Shown here piece after piece: positions 28,761 to 38,297 of a DNA stretch of 64,000 bases (positions are counted from its first letter, which is position 1; each line of letters starts with the position of its first letter). Under the pieces are notes generated by a model that was not told where the DNA came from, searched no databases, and saw nothing but the letters and a program-made list of their open reading frames with translations. Source of the stretch: an uncultured virus (IMG/VR IMGVR_UViG_3300049846_000869). Taxonomy: Duplodnaviria > Heunggongvirae > Uroviricota > Caudoviricetes. Where the stretch lies: the IMG/VR virus record IMGVR_UViG_3300049846_000869, one strand, 5' to 3'. Both the position numbers and the translations under genes were made by a program.

Positions 28761-29647
28761 TGAGATTCAAGCAGTTCTTGTTGAAAGAAACTCCTATTGG
28801 TGATTATCGCACCGTAGGTGATTGGAACAAAGGCTCTTCTTTTAGAGATAAAAGAGATAGGGTCATGGTCCAGCATCCAAAAAGTATAGAAAATGTAAAA
28901 AAGAAATTCGGAAACAATCCCTATGTTTTCAATTTCATGTTTGTGAATAATGCTAAAGCCAATAGACATACCGAAGTGGGATTTGCCACGGAACAATGGT
29001 TAAGAGAAAATTTGGGTGACGAAATTGCTAATGCAGTTTCTGATAATGTGGAAAAGAACCCAGAAGCGATAAATGTAGTGTTTACAAATAACAAAGGTGC
29101 AGAACGCAAAGTTATGACACCTTGGATTATGGCGCATAGAATAGCCCACGCTCTTGCTAGAACCAAGGGAGCCAGAGGTGGATTTGCGGCACACCCATAT
29201 ATAGAATCTTCTACTGCTTTATTGCAGGGATTAGGAAATATACTGGAGTATTATGGTGTACAAGACTTCCCCACGCACGATGCCACTATGATTAGAAGGT
29301 CGTGGGATGATGGCAGAGATAAAAACAGAGCGCATCAATTAGCTATGATGAATTTCATATATGAAGTCGGCACTTTCCGTTCTGCCAGAGAAAGGAACAT
29401 AAGAGACTGGTTTGAAGTTCTACACGAACTATTTGCACAATATGTAACGACAGGGAACATAAAATTCAAAGAAGCCCCAGAAAAGTTTGGCACCAAACAA
29501 GTCTTCGGAAAAGGCGGCTATAGATACCTTCAGAGAGATGTTTCCAAAGAAGATGTTGATTATGAACTAAATTCTCTTGCCGAAACTTTGAAATATTATT
29601 TCAATGAATTGTTAGCAAATGCTCAGGGCAAAATCTTGGTTATGTAA
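28760..29647 (+). CDS. Putative internal virion protein with zincin-like HRxxH...E motif
   Basis: Leader MRFKQFLLKE; WIMAHRIAH...HELFAQY. Confidence 0.55.
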   Translation: MRFKQFLLKETPIGDYRTVGDWNKGSSFRDKRDRVMVQHPKSIENVKKKFGNNPYVFNFMFVNNAKANRHTEVGFATEQWLRENLGDEIANAVSDNVEKNPEAINVVFTNNKGAERKVMTPWIMAHRIAHALARTKGARGGFAAHPYIESSTALLQGLGNILEYYGVQDFPTHDATMIRRSWDDGRDKNRAHQLAMMNFIYEVGTFRSARERNIRDWFEVLHELFAQYVTTGNIKFKEAPEKFGTKQVFGKGGYRYLQRDVSKEDVDYELNSLAETLKYYFNELLANAQGKILVM

Positions 29648-31127
29648 TAAAACCATTGGCTATTAGGAATCTTTCCACTTTATCTGTTTTATTTTGTTTA
29701 TGGTTTTTCAAAATAGCATTCTTGCCGCCACCATTCACGAATATATCTCCAATATGAGTAACTCCCCTTTGGGTAGCAACAAATGGCATATTTGGCATAT
29801 TAACCAATTTTAACATTTCATCTATAGTGGTGTTCAATTTTCTCAATCCTGTTGTTATGATTAATTTATTTTTTGGTAGTGTTGTGTTTTCATCAAATGT
29901 GGCTATACAATCTAAGGCCGCAATAGCAATCTTAGTGTAAAATTCCAAAGGCATAGTTTTCGGAATATGGTAGTCTGCCAACATAGCTATGGCCTTTATG
30001 CGACCATAGGTTTGATAACTCTTTTTAGCTCTATAGAAATTTTTAGCAAATTCTTCTGCGCTGTTAATATTCAGTTTGCCCGCCGATATAATGTTTTGCT
30101 TAGGAGCGTGTGTCGGAGAAGTATTTCTCCATACAATCAAATCTTTGTTCGCTCTCTTTGGCGCAAGTTTACTTGCGATTATCGGGTTTACTATATCCGC
30201 ATAATCATCGTAATTCATACTGGTAATCATGAAACTTCTGAGATTAGAATCACTAATTAGAAGATTAGATATTTTTTCTCTCGGAAAGAATGGGAAGAAA
30301 AATTGTATATATTCTTCCTTTTTCAGAATCATTTCGATTGTTCCTTCAAATATGTTTTCAGACGCCATCATCTTTTTGGCTTCTGCTACATTCTTTGCTT
30401 CAAAAACTTCTTGAACCATTTTACTGAAGGAACCGAACGATAACTGGGTTATCAACTTAGATATGTTAGATTCCTGCGGAAGAACATAACGCATGTCTCC
30501 GCCGTTCTTGAAAACATCCAAAGCATAATCCAATCTACGCGGGGAAACCTTGTCTTTCAAATCTTCCGGCAAACCATCCCACCACTCAACAGCAACCAAG
30601 CCTTCAGCACCGTATTTGGTGTTAAAGTACGACTTGATTGGTTTATAGGGCAAGTCTACGAATATCTGGAATCTGTCTTCCTGTGCCGGGTCTAAATCTT
30701 CAACATCATATTCTTGTTCTTCGGAATTTTCGGAGCTTGGGTTAATAGCAGCCCAAACTATTTTCAAATTTTTGAATTTTTTACCATTGATGGCCTTGAA
30801 TTGAATCAATTCCATGACAGCGTTTCTGACTTTCTTCGGCGCTCTATTGAATTCATCAAAGAATAGTGCCTCGACTGAATCCTCTTCGAAAGCGCGAGGT
30901 CTAACCAATTCTAGGTAAGTCTTATCTCCATCTATCTTTTCTTTAGGAACACCAATGAAGTCAACCCACGGGTCCATAGTAGCCGCAGAGAAATATAGTG
31001 ACTTTAACTTGTTGCGATTGAACGCTTCTAGAATAATGCTTGTCTTACCTATTCCGTGTCTGCCACGAAATAGAACATTGTAATTGTTTTTAATCCAGAA
31101 ATCTAGATTTGAATTGGTTATACTCAT
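29640..31127 (-). CDS. MoxR-like AAA+ ATPase
   Basis: GRHGIGKT, FFDEFNRA, AAIN, DPAQEDRF and SPRR motifs. Confidence 0.88.
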   Translation of the reverse strand: MSITNSNLDFWIKNNYNVLFRGRHGIGKTSIILEAFNRNKLKSLYFSAATMDPWVDFIGVPKEKIDGDKTYLELVRPRAFEEDSVEALFFDEFNRAPKKVRNAVMELIQFKAINGKKFKNLKIVWAAINPSSENSEEQEYDVEDLDPAQEDRFQIFVDLPYKPIKSYFNTKYGAEGLVAVEWWDGLPEDLKDKVSPRRLDYALDVFKNGGDMRYVLPQESNISKLITQLSFGSFSKMVQEVFEAKNVAEAKKMMASENIFEGTIEMILKKEEYIQFFFPFFPREKISNLLISDSNLRSFMITSMNYDDYADIVNPIIASKLAPKRANKDLIVWRNTSPTHAPKQNIISAGKLNINSAEEFAKNFYRAKKSYQTYGRIKAIAMLADYHIPKTMPLEFYTKIAIAALDCIATFDENTTLPKNKLIITTGLRKLNTTIDEMLKLVNMPNMPFVATQRGVTHIGDIFVNGGGKNAILKNHKQNKTDKVERFLIANGFIT

Positions 31128-31148
31128 AATTATTCCCGTAATCCTACA

Positions 31149-31193
31149 ATTCTACCATAGTACAATTGACTTTGCAACTTGATGTGATATAAT
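31149..31193. promoter_or_regulatory. Overlapping divergent sigma70-type promoters
   Basis: Plus strand TTGACT-16-TATAAT; minus strand TTGCAA-17-TAGAAT. Confidence 0.6.
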
Positions 31194-31199
31194 TGGTGC

Positions 31200-32435
31200 A
31201 TGAAAAATGCTATATTTACTTCAGAATATATCCTACAAATGTCTAGAGAGTTGGAACATCACCATGCGGTGTTTTACCGATTCTGGAACATGGGCGCTCC
31301 AATAGAAACTAATGAAATTGATACAGCAGCAGTATCCTTTTCGGAGACCGGCGACTTTTTGGAATTCTTAATAAATCCGAAATTCTGGGAAGGCAAATCT
31401 ATAACCCAGCAAGCATTCTACATATGCCACGAAGCCTTGCACATTTTATTGAATCATGGATTGCGTTCCTCAAACAAAGGATGGACTGATACCATGAACA
31501 TCGCTGCCGATTTGGTAGTAAACCATTCTCTGGTTTCTCGTTTCGGGTTCGATAGAGCAGAAGTTGACCCTAAAAACAAATTATGCTGGGTTGACACCGT
31601 ATTTCCCTTCAAAGAAGTGGCCACAGATTTGACTTTCGAGCAATATTTTCAACTATTACAGACTGAAGAATATAAGCTGATGAAAATTTTAGATGACCAC
31701 GACTCATTGGAGAATTCAAAGGAAATCTTAAAGAAATTTAATGAAGAAGCGACCGATGAAGAAAAACAGACTATAGAAGAATTCATCAAGCGACAAGAGC
31801 CGACTGACCTTCCAGCTTCATCTAGGGGCGATAGTCCGGGAAACATAATAAAGTTTATTCCCAAGGAACAGGTATCTAGAAAGAAAAAATGGGAAACTGT
31901 AATCAAGAATTGGGCTGTTAAATTCATAAAAAATAGCAACAAAGATAATGAACAATGGGCGAGAATCAACAGAAGATTCGTGATGCTTCCAGATGATATG
32001 TTTCTTCCTTCAGAAATGGAAGTGGAAGAAATAGAAAAGGAAAAGCATAAGATTGAGGTTTGGTTCTTCCAAGACACTTCCGGGTCATGTTCCGGATTTG
32101 CTAAAAGATTCTTTAGAGCGGCTGAGAGCTTGCCAAAAGACAGATTTAATGTTAGAATGCATTGCTTCGACACTAGGGTATATGAAACCAGTTTAGTGGA
32201 AAGAAAGTTGTACGGATTCGGTGGAACATCGTTTACTTGTATAGAGAATTATATACAGAGAACGATTGCTAAAGAGGGTATAAAATATCCAAAAGCTGTG
32301 TTCGTCATAACTGACGGTGACGGCAACAAGGTCCATCCGCAGATGCCCGAAGTATGGCATTGGTTTTTATCTTGTAATGATAAGAGTTGTATACCGAAAG
32401 AATCTAAGACTTATTTGTTGAGGAATTTTGAATAA
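31200..32435 (+). CDS. Metallopeptidase plus VWA-like protein (DUF2201-type MoxR partner)
   Basis: HEALH, NIAAD, DTSGS, GGTSF and ITDG motifs. Confidence 0.88.
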   Translation: MKNAIFTSEYILQMSRELEHHHAVFYRFWNMGAPIETNEIDTAAVSFSETGDFLEFLINPKFWEGKSITQQAFYICHEALHILLNHGLRSSNKGWTDTMNIAADLVVNHSLVSRFGFDRAEVDPKNKLCWVDTVFPFKEVATDLTFEQYFQLLQTEEYKLMKILDDHDSLENSKEILKKFNEEATDEEKQTIEEFIKRQEPTDLPASSRGDSPGNIIKFIPKEQVSRKKKWETVIKNWAVKFIKNSNKDNEQWARINRRFVMLPDDMFLPSEMEVEEIEKEKHKIEVWFFQDTSGSCSGFAKRFFRAAESLPKDRFNVRMHCFDTRVYETSLVERKLYGFGGTSFTCIENYIQRTIAKEGIKYPKAVFVITDGDGNKVHPQMPEVWHWFLSCNDKSCIPKESKTYLLRNFE

Positions 32436-32443
32436 GGTGAACT

Positions 32444-32641
32444 ATGGAAGACTATAGACCGTATTATGTACACTTCAATGGAGCCGCATACTTTGTAAAA
32501 GAATCTGAATTTTTCAAAGAACAGGGCGGCTTAAATGAACCGTGGGGCCAATACTGGAAATTGTTACATGCCACAAGTATAGAACACGCTAGAACTTTGG
32601 CAGAATTGAAAACATTGAAAAAAGAATTTATTTGGAGTTAA
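32444..32641 (+). CDS. Hypothetical protein
   Basis: SD AAGGTG. Confidence 0.55.
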   Translation: MEDYRPYYVHFNGAAYFVKESEFFKEQGGLNEPWGQYWKLLHATSIEHARTLAELKTLKKEFIWS

Positions 32642-32643
32642 AT

Positions 32644-33960
32644 ATGGAACCTGTAATTTATGTAGTTGGTGGCGCGGTAAGAGATATTCTTTTGGAGAAA
32701 ATACCAAAGGATATTGATTATGTTGTAGTTGGAGCAGACCATGATTACATGGTTAATACTCTTGGACTTAAACCGATTGAGGCCGGGTTCAACATCTATT
32801 TGGACTCCGAGAAGCGAGAGTATTCTTTGGCGAGAAACTTGAAAGGTGAACATCTTCCAACTAACACTTTGGAAGAAGATTTGCTCTCAAGAGATTTGTC
32901 TATCAATGCTCTGGCCATGCGTAAAGAATCTTTTGATTCTATATGGAAGATTCTTACGATGTATCATGGAGATTTCAAAATCTTGTATGGTTTGATTCCT
33001 AAGAAAATCATCCATACCAGAATGCTTTTTGACTATTCTAATGGTTATCAGCACATTAAAGAGCAGAAACTCCATGCTGTAGACGGATTCCCGAATGACC
33101 CCCTTAGAGTATTGCGTCTTGCAAGATTCGCAAGTATATACGGCGACCCGTGGGAAATCACGGATTTGACATTTAAGTACATTTCTGACATTCAGGAACT
33201 GGGCGTTCTTAAAAATCTACCACCGGAAAGAATTGTAAAAGAGATGGAATATGTCTTTGCTAATGCTACAACTCCCGTTACATTTTTCACTTTGTTGAAT
33301 CATTTTGAAGTATTGGACCAAGTTTTCCCCGGACTAACTATAGAAGACCTTTCTACCAGTTCGTTCGGAAGATACATCATTCGAGACTATAGGAACCTAT
33401 ACGGATATAATGTCCCTATGATGCCAGATAATGCGCTGGCTAGATTCTTCACAATGTATGCTAAAGTTACCCAGCAAAGATTCGACGCTGTTGCTAAACA
33501 ATTCAAACTTTCATCTGATATTTTGAATATAATGAATTGGGTAGAATCATTTAATCACAACATGAGAACAGATTTGTTTGATGAAACTAAAGGGCTTTAT
33601 AGACATACTGTATCTGAAAAGATTTACGCCGATAGAATCATAGCATTTTATAACGAGTGTGATTTTTTCAGAAACGAAGAAAAGGCTATAGACTTTTTGA
33701 ATAACTATGTTCCTTACGATTATTATGATTTTTTCAAAATAGTCAAAGATGTTGCTTTTAAGGATTTGACTTCGGAAGAAGTAGGGAAACTTAAGGGTAG
33801 GGACATTGCTATCAGAATAAATGAAATAAGAATTGCTAGATTGGACAAACATATATTTGACCAAAAGAGAAAATTTAAAAGACATTATAGCCAGTTTGGA
33901 AACATAAAAGACTATACTACAATCTGGACTAGACTCCAAGATTTGTTCAACAAAAAATAA
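32644..33960 (+). CDS. cca: Class II tRNA nucleotidyltransferase (CCA- or CC-adding-like)
   Basis: VGGAVRD, DID, RDLSINA, DPLRVLR and ER motifs. Confidence 0.85.
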   Translation: MEPVIYVVGGAVRDILLEKIPKDIDYVVVGADHDYMVNTLGLKPIEAGFNIYLDSEKREYSLARNLKGEHLPTNTLEEDLLSRDLSINALAMRKESFDSIWKILTMYHGDFKILYGLIPKKIIHTRMLFDYSNGYQHIKEQKLHAVDGFPNDPLRVLRLARFASIYGDPWEITDLTFKYISDIQELGVLKNLPPERIVKEMEYVFANATTPVTFFTLLNHFEVLDQVFPGLTIEDLSTSSFGRYIIRDYRNLYGYNVPMMPDNALARFFTMYAKVTQQRFDAVAKQFKLSSDILNIMNWVESFNHNMRTDLFDETKGLYRHTVSEKIYADRIIAFYNECDFFRNEEKAIDFLNNYVPYDYYDFFKIVKDVAFKDLTSEEVGKLKGRDIAIRINEIRIARLDKHIFDQKRKFKRHYSQFGNIKDYTTIWTRLQDLFNKK

Positions 33961-33969
33961 GGAAACTAT

Positions 33970-34419
33970 ATGATAGAATTTTTACAAGGCGATATTACTA
34001 AACAATCGGCTGGATTGATTATTCATGGCGTTAATTGTCAGGGCGCTATGGGTTCCGGCGTAGCGTTGGCAATCAAAACGAAGTGGCCAGCCGTCTATTC
34101 TAGATATATTCAAAAAGGTGCCGGTAAACAGTTATTGGGCACGGTTGACTTTATTGTTATCAATGAAGATTTGGTCATTGGTAATTGCTATACACAAGAA
34201 TACTTTGGCCCCGGCGACCGTAAGTACGCCGATGTGGGGGCCGTAAAGTCCTGTCTTACCAAAGTAGAACAGTACGCTAGAGATTATCAGCTTACGGTTA
34301 AGTCCCCTCTAATGGCTGCTGGTTTGGCAGGATTAGACTGGAATTCCGAGGTATATCCGATATATGAAGCGATTTTCGGCAATAATTTTGATGTGGACTG
34401 TATAATTTTTAAATTTTGA
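33970..34419 (+). CDS. Macro domain protein (T4 Tk.4-like)
   Basis: GDIT, HGVNCQGAMGSGVA and AGLAGLDW motifs. Confidence 0.9.
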   Translation: MIEFLQGDITKQSAGLIIHGVNCQGAMGSGVALAIKTKWPAVYSRYIQKGAGKQLLGTVDFIVINEDLVIGNCYTQEYFGPGDRKYADVGAVKSCLTKVEQYARDYQLTVKSPLMAAGLAGLDWNSEVYPIYEAIFGNNFDVDCIIFKF

Positions 34420-34466
34420 CACTTTAAATTTTAACAACTAAATAGTTATAAATTCGAGGAATAACC

Positions 34467-34649
34467 ATGAAATTTATAAACGAACAAGAAGAGTTAAAAT
34501 TTAGAGTTATGGTAGGTAGCAGAGTGTTACTTGAAGCCATAAGCGAAGCCGTAGCAAATCAATTTATAGCCACTTTGGACGCAGCCACTCAAAAGGATGC
34601 AAGGATAGTTCCTATAACCAGAGAAGGCAAAGAATTCTTATTAGGATAA
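34467..34649 (+). CDS. Small late hypothetical protein
   Basis: TAAATA at 34439, SD GAGG, leader MKFINE. Confidence 0.55.
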   Translation: MKFINEQEELKFRVMVGSRVLLEAISEAVANQFIATLDAATQKDARIVPITREGKEFLLG

Positions 34650-34662
34650 TAAAGGACTAAAA

Positions 34663-34872
34663 ATGAGTAATTTCCATAAGCGAAGCTTTTTTGAGACTTT
34701 GAACGAAGAACTAGATGTAGTATTCGAGTTATTCCACGAAAATAACATCCCAGACGAAGATGATGAAGATGCCGAAATCGAAGATATCGTAGCCACGGAC
34801 GCATATCTTGAGGCTAAAGAACTTTATAAGATATTGTTAGAAGTTAAAGAAAGAGTAGAGGCGCAATTATGA
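34663..34872 (+). CDS. Acidic hypothetical protein
   Basis: ORF with SD. Confidence 0.55.
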   Translation: MSNFHKRSFFETLNEELDVVFELFHENNIPDEDDEDAEIEDIVATDAYLEAKELYKILLEVKERVEAQL

Positions 34873-35150
34873 AAATAACAAAAGCAAGGTTAGTAATAGA
34901 TGAACAGACTTTTGAACCATTGTTACAATTTGTTGTTACAATACCCATCGAACCATCTATGGATAGTGTTGCTTTAGAAGGCGAAGACAAATATTACGAA
35001 GATTTAGGTAGGAGATTTGTCGAAGCCATCAAGAAGCAAACAAAACTATTACAGCAAAATCCTAATGTGCCACCTTCTGCCATCCCATCATTAACTGATG
35101 ATTCAGATTCACCAATTAGTCCATTAGCCAATATCGGAAGAGAAGATTAA
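34869..35150 (+). CDS. Hypothetical protein
   Basis: ATGA-coupled ORF. Confidence 0.55.
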   Translation: MKITKARLVIDEQTFEPLLQFVVTIPIEPSMDSVALEGEDKYYEDLGRRFVEAIKKQTKLLQQNPNVPPSAIPSLTDDSDSPISPLANIGRED

Positions 35151-35152
35151 CA

Positions 35153-35521
35153 ATGTATACCGGATATCTATTATCGGAAGAAAGCCGTGCGCTTTTGTTG
35201 GCTAAATTCCCACCAAAATATAAAGATGTTATAGCCCATCACATAACCGAAAAATTTGGCGTTAAAGCCAATACAAAGGCTCCTGAGCAGCCTTCAGAAG
35301 TCTGGGTCGTAGGTTACATGGACGATGGGGAAGGCGTTGAGGGGCTTCTGGTTGAGGTTGATGGTACTGTAGAAAGACCATCAGGCGGTAAGTACCATAT
35401 TACATGGTCTATTGACCGTTCTAAAGGCAAGAAACCGTATCATACGAATGATATAACACATTTAGCCAAGCCGGTAGCACCTAGCATAAAAATAGAAGTG
35501 GAACCTAAAGTATTCGCTTAA
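35153..35521 (+). CDS. Second 2H phosphoesterase-like protein
   Basis: HHIT...YHIT motif pair. Confidence 0.7.
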   Translation: MYTGYLLSEESRALLLAKFPPKYKDVIAHHITEKFGVKANTKAPEQPSEVWVVGYMDDGEGVEGLLVEVDGTVERPSGGKYHITWSIDRSKGKKPYHTNDITHLAKPVAPSIKIEVEPKVFA

Positions 35522-35916
35522 TTGTCTTTGTTGACTTGTTTATCTAATTCAAGAACTTTCAATTTATCAGCTTCAATCTTTGCTTTCTCTTGAATCAAAG
35601 ATTGAAGTTTGATTTTGTCATAATCGCTGAGTCTTTCAGCTTTCTGTTTTTCTTTCAAATGCTCGATTTCCGTATCAACGATACGGGTGTTCAACTGTAG
35701 AACACTCTGCATCATCAATACATTCAATTTCTGGGCCGTCTTCTGTTCTTCTTGAAGAGGCTTGGCTACTTCAGCAGCCTTTTCTTTTGCTATATTACCA
35801 ATAGCATCCTGAGCGAATGTTACTGAAGAATAAATTATAGTGGACATAGCGATGACCACTCCCAATATTGCGGCAATCTGATTTATAGACATATTGTTAA
35901 TATTGAGAGTGGCCAT
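35518..35916 (-). CDS. TM plus coiled-coil late protein (possibly holin-like)
   Basis: One TM helix; TAAATA about 19 nt upstream. Confidence 0.45.
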   Translation of the reverse strand: MATLNINNMSINQIAAILGVVIAMSTIIYSSVTFAQDAIGNIAKEKAAEVAKPLQEEQKTAQKLNVLMMQSVLQLNTRIVDTEIEHLKEKQKAERLSDYDKIKLQSLIQEKAKIEADKLKVLELDKQVNKDN

Positions 35917-35945
35917 TTTCGTAATCCTTTCAAATATTTATAGAA

Positions 35946-36185
35946 TTACTTCAAAAAATTGACCAAATCTGTATAACCGCCGATATACTTACCGTCAATT
36001 ATAATCTGAGGGATTGATTTAATTTCTACCTTAGCACCAGCGGCTTCAGCTAATTGCTGTACCTGTTCTCTAGTAACATCTACTCCGACTTTAACATCGG
36101 TGAATGGTAGATTCTTCTCTTTAAGTAACTGCTTGGCTTTTACGCAATATGGGCAGGTGTCTTTTCCGTAAACTTCAATTTTCAT
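35946..36185 (-). CDS. Glutaredoxin
   Basis: CPYC, IPQI and IGGY motifs. Confidence 0.95.
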   Translation of the reverse strand: MKIEVYGKDTCPYCVKAKQLLKEKNLPFTDVKVGVDVTREQVQQLAEAAGAKVEIKSIPQIIIDGKYIGGYTDLVNFLK

Positions 36186-36195
36186 AGTTTTTCCT

Positions 36196-36540
36196 TTATG
36201 TTGTGGTAATTTTTGTCTTTTTAGGCTGTACTTTTTTAGTCGCCTTTTGTGAATCTTCTAAACTTCTCAATCTTTGTTCTAGAATATTCTGATTTATTAG
36301 CAAATCTTTCATATTCTTATTCTGCTGCATTAACTGTTCTTGTTGTAACCCTATTATAAGTTTCAAAGACTGAACATCGTCAGGTAAATTCTCCCTATAG
36401 GGCTTGACAATTTCCTGCATCTTTTCGTATTGATTTTTGTAATAGCTTGAGGTTAACGACAATAAAGTAATACAGACAAGCATCATAACAACGAATGCAC
36501 AATGACCGGGATTTACGGATTTCGCGGCATTCGTTGTCAT
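36196..36540 (-). CDS. TM plus coiled-coil hypothetical protein
   Basis: N-terminal hydrophobic helix. Confidence 0.5.
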   Translation of the reverse strand: MTTNAAKSVNPGHCAFVVMMLVCITLLSLTSSYYKNQYEKMQEIVKPYRENLPDDVQSLKLIIGLQQEQLMQQNKNMKDLLINQNILEQRLRSLEDSQKATKKVQPKKTKITTT

Positions 36541-36545
36541 AAGTA

Positions 36546-36854
36546 TTATTTTTTGCTTTCTTCTTCTTTAGAAGGTCTGCCCGGTTTCTGGCCTTTGTCT
36601 TTCAAGGCTTTTACGGCAGATGCCAATACTAAATTATCTCTACGGCCCTTTTCAGGGGACATGGCTTTAAGAACGCCGTCCATGATGTACTGACGGACTC
36701 TGGACATGGTTACGCCCAATTCCTTAGCAGCCTGTGCTGTAGTAATCCATTGACCGGTCTTGCCGATAGGCGGAGCCTTACCAATGTCGGAATTTTCATC
36801 CTTTTTCTTAGAATCTTCTAATACAACAACAGGTTTTAGGTCTTTAAGTTTCAT
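36546..36854 (-). CDS. Excisionase-like HTH DNA-binding protein with AT-hook-like PGRP
   Basis: ITTAQAAKELGVTMSRVRQYI..G.L; TAAATA upstream. Confidence 0.8.
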   Translation of the reverse strand: MKLKDLKPVVVLEDSKKKDENSDIGKAPPIGKTGQWITTAQAAKELGVTMSRVRQYIMDGVLKAMSPEKGRRDNLVLASAVKALKDKGQKPGRPSKEEESKK

Positions 36855-36931
36855 GAATCGCTCCAAAATATATTACTATTTATCGTTTTGCCGTAGGACT
36901 CTTAAAATTCTACGAATTAAATTATAAGAGT

Positions 36932-37141
36932 TTATTTTTTACCTTCGATATTTCTGGCGGCAATTTGCATCATTTTGCAACCAGTACGCATACCGATAAG
37001 TAATCCTCTCTGAAATTCCAAAGAGTCATCTGCGTAAGTAATCCCTTCAGATTTTACATATTCTGCTATTATTGATTTGGCTACAGCTTCATCCACTTCA
37101 CCAAACTCTAGAAAATCTAAATAGTTATCAAATTTATTCAT
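36932..37141 (-). CDS. Hypothetical protein
   Basis: Coupled to the thymidine kinase gene. Confidence 0.5.
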   Translation of the reverse strand: MNKFDNYLDFLEFGEVDEAVAKSIIAEYVKSEGITYADDSLEFQRGLLIGMRTGCKMMQIAARNIEGKK

Positions 37142-37721
37142 ATTTGTTCTCCGACCAATGTTTTCTACATACTGAAATATATAAATCTTCGGCCCCTATC
37201 AAAATCTGTTCGGCGTTTTTACACACTTCGCCATCTATAACTCTGAGTGTCATAGTAGCCTTCTTACCACAATGGCAGAGGGTCTTAATTTCCGATAAGG
37301 AATCCGCTACAGCCAAAAGAGCCTTACTTCCGGGGAACGCATTACCGTTAGAATCGGTTCTTAGCCCATAACAAAGTACGGGCAATTGATAGGTGTCACA
37401 TAAGAATGCCAAATCCCATACTTGTTCCTCTGTCATGAATTGAGCTTCGTCAACTAATATGGCAGAGAACTTACTTCTGATTTTATGTTCGTGGATTTTC
37501 TCCATATACAACATTTTCAAATCTGTATCTGGATTGAATAAGGTGCAGCCTTTCTTGAAGCCCACCCTTGACGCTATCATCCCCGGCCCTTCTCTATTGT
37601 CTATCGAAGATTTCAAGATTAGACAATCTCTGCCTAATCTTTCGTATGTATGTGCTGTTCTTAACAAATCAAACGATTTACCAGCATTCATTGCTGAATA
37701 AATAAACTTCAATTTAGACAT
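37134..37721 (-). CDS. tdk: Thymidine kinase
   Basis: SAMNAGKS, VDEAQF, YGLRTD and Y.SVCRKH motifs. Confidence 0.95.
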   Translation of the reverse strand: MSKLKFIYSAMNAGKSFDLLRTAHTYERLGRDCLILKSSIDNREGPGMIASRVGFKKGCTLFNPDTDLKMLYMEKIHEHKIRSKFSAILVDEAQFMTEEQVWDLAFLCDTYQLPVLCYGLRTDSNGNAFPGSKALLAVADSLSEIKTLCHCGKKATMTLRVIDGEVCKNAEQILIGAEDLYISVCRKHWSENKYE

Positions 37722-37899
37722 TCGTTACTCTCATATAATTTCCTAATTGGTCCATAAGGCACGATTCACAAATATTCAATTCGTATTCATTACCTTCACC
37801 CAATATCGAACCTTCTTTAGCAGTAAATTTAATGGAATGGACATGATGCTCATCGCTGTTCCATTCTTTACACATTTTACATTGATATTTTTCTTCCAT
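37714..37899 (-). CDS. Small Zn-finger protein
   Basis: CxxC...CxxC. Confidence 0.55.
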   Translation of the reverse strand: MEEKYQCKMCKEWNSDEHHVHSIKFTAKEGSILGEGNEYELNICESCLMDQLGNYMRVTNV

Positions 37900-37947
37900 A
37901 ATCTTTCTCCAATTATGGAAGTATTTATTAATGAATTTTTACGGAGT

Positions 37948-38280
37948 TTATTCCTTCGGTTTGGTAGATTCAGCTTTCTTGACAATCTTCAAAGGCTTCA
38001 AAGATGGAACCGTAGCATCATCCTTTTTAGATTTCTCAGCATATTTTACATCTAATTCTTGATTGATGTTTTTCCAACGAGTTTCGATTTCTTTTTGGAA
38101 ATTCTCAGCGAAATAGAACGCTCTTGCCTGAATCATTTTAATTTCATCAACAGCAGGAGTTCTACCTTGCAGCATATTATGACAGGCGTTTAGAGCCATG
38201 TTTAATATCTGAGTTTCTCTAGAGTGTTGTTTATCTAACTCTGCTTGATGTTCCGGGGTTCTCTGTGTAGTATCTGTCAT
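37948..38280 (-). CDS. Hypothetical protein
   Basis: SD GAGGA. Confidence 0.6.
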   Translation of the reverse strand: MTDTTQRTPEHQAELDKQHSRETQILNMALNACHNMLQGRTPAVDEIKMIQARAFYFAENFQKEIETRWKNINQELDVKYAEKSKKDDATVPSLKPLKIVKKAESTKPKE

Positions 38281-38297
38281 ATAATTTCCTCGTTTAT

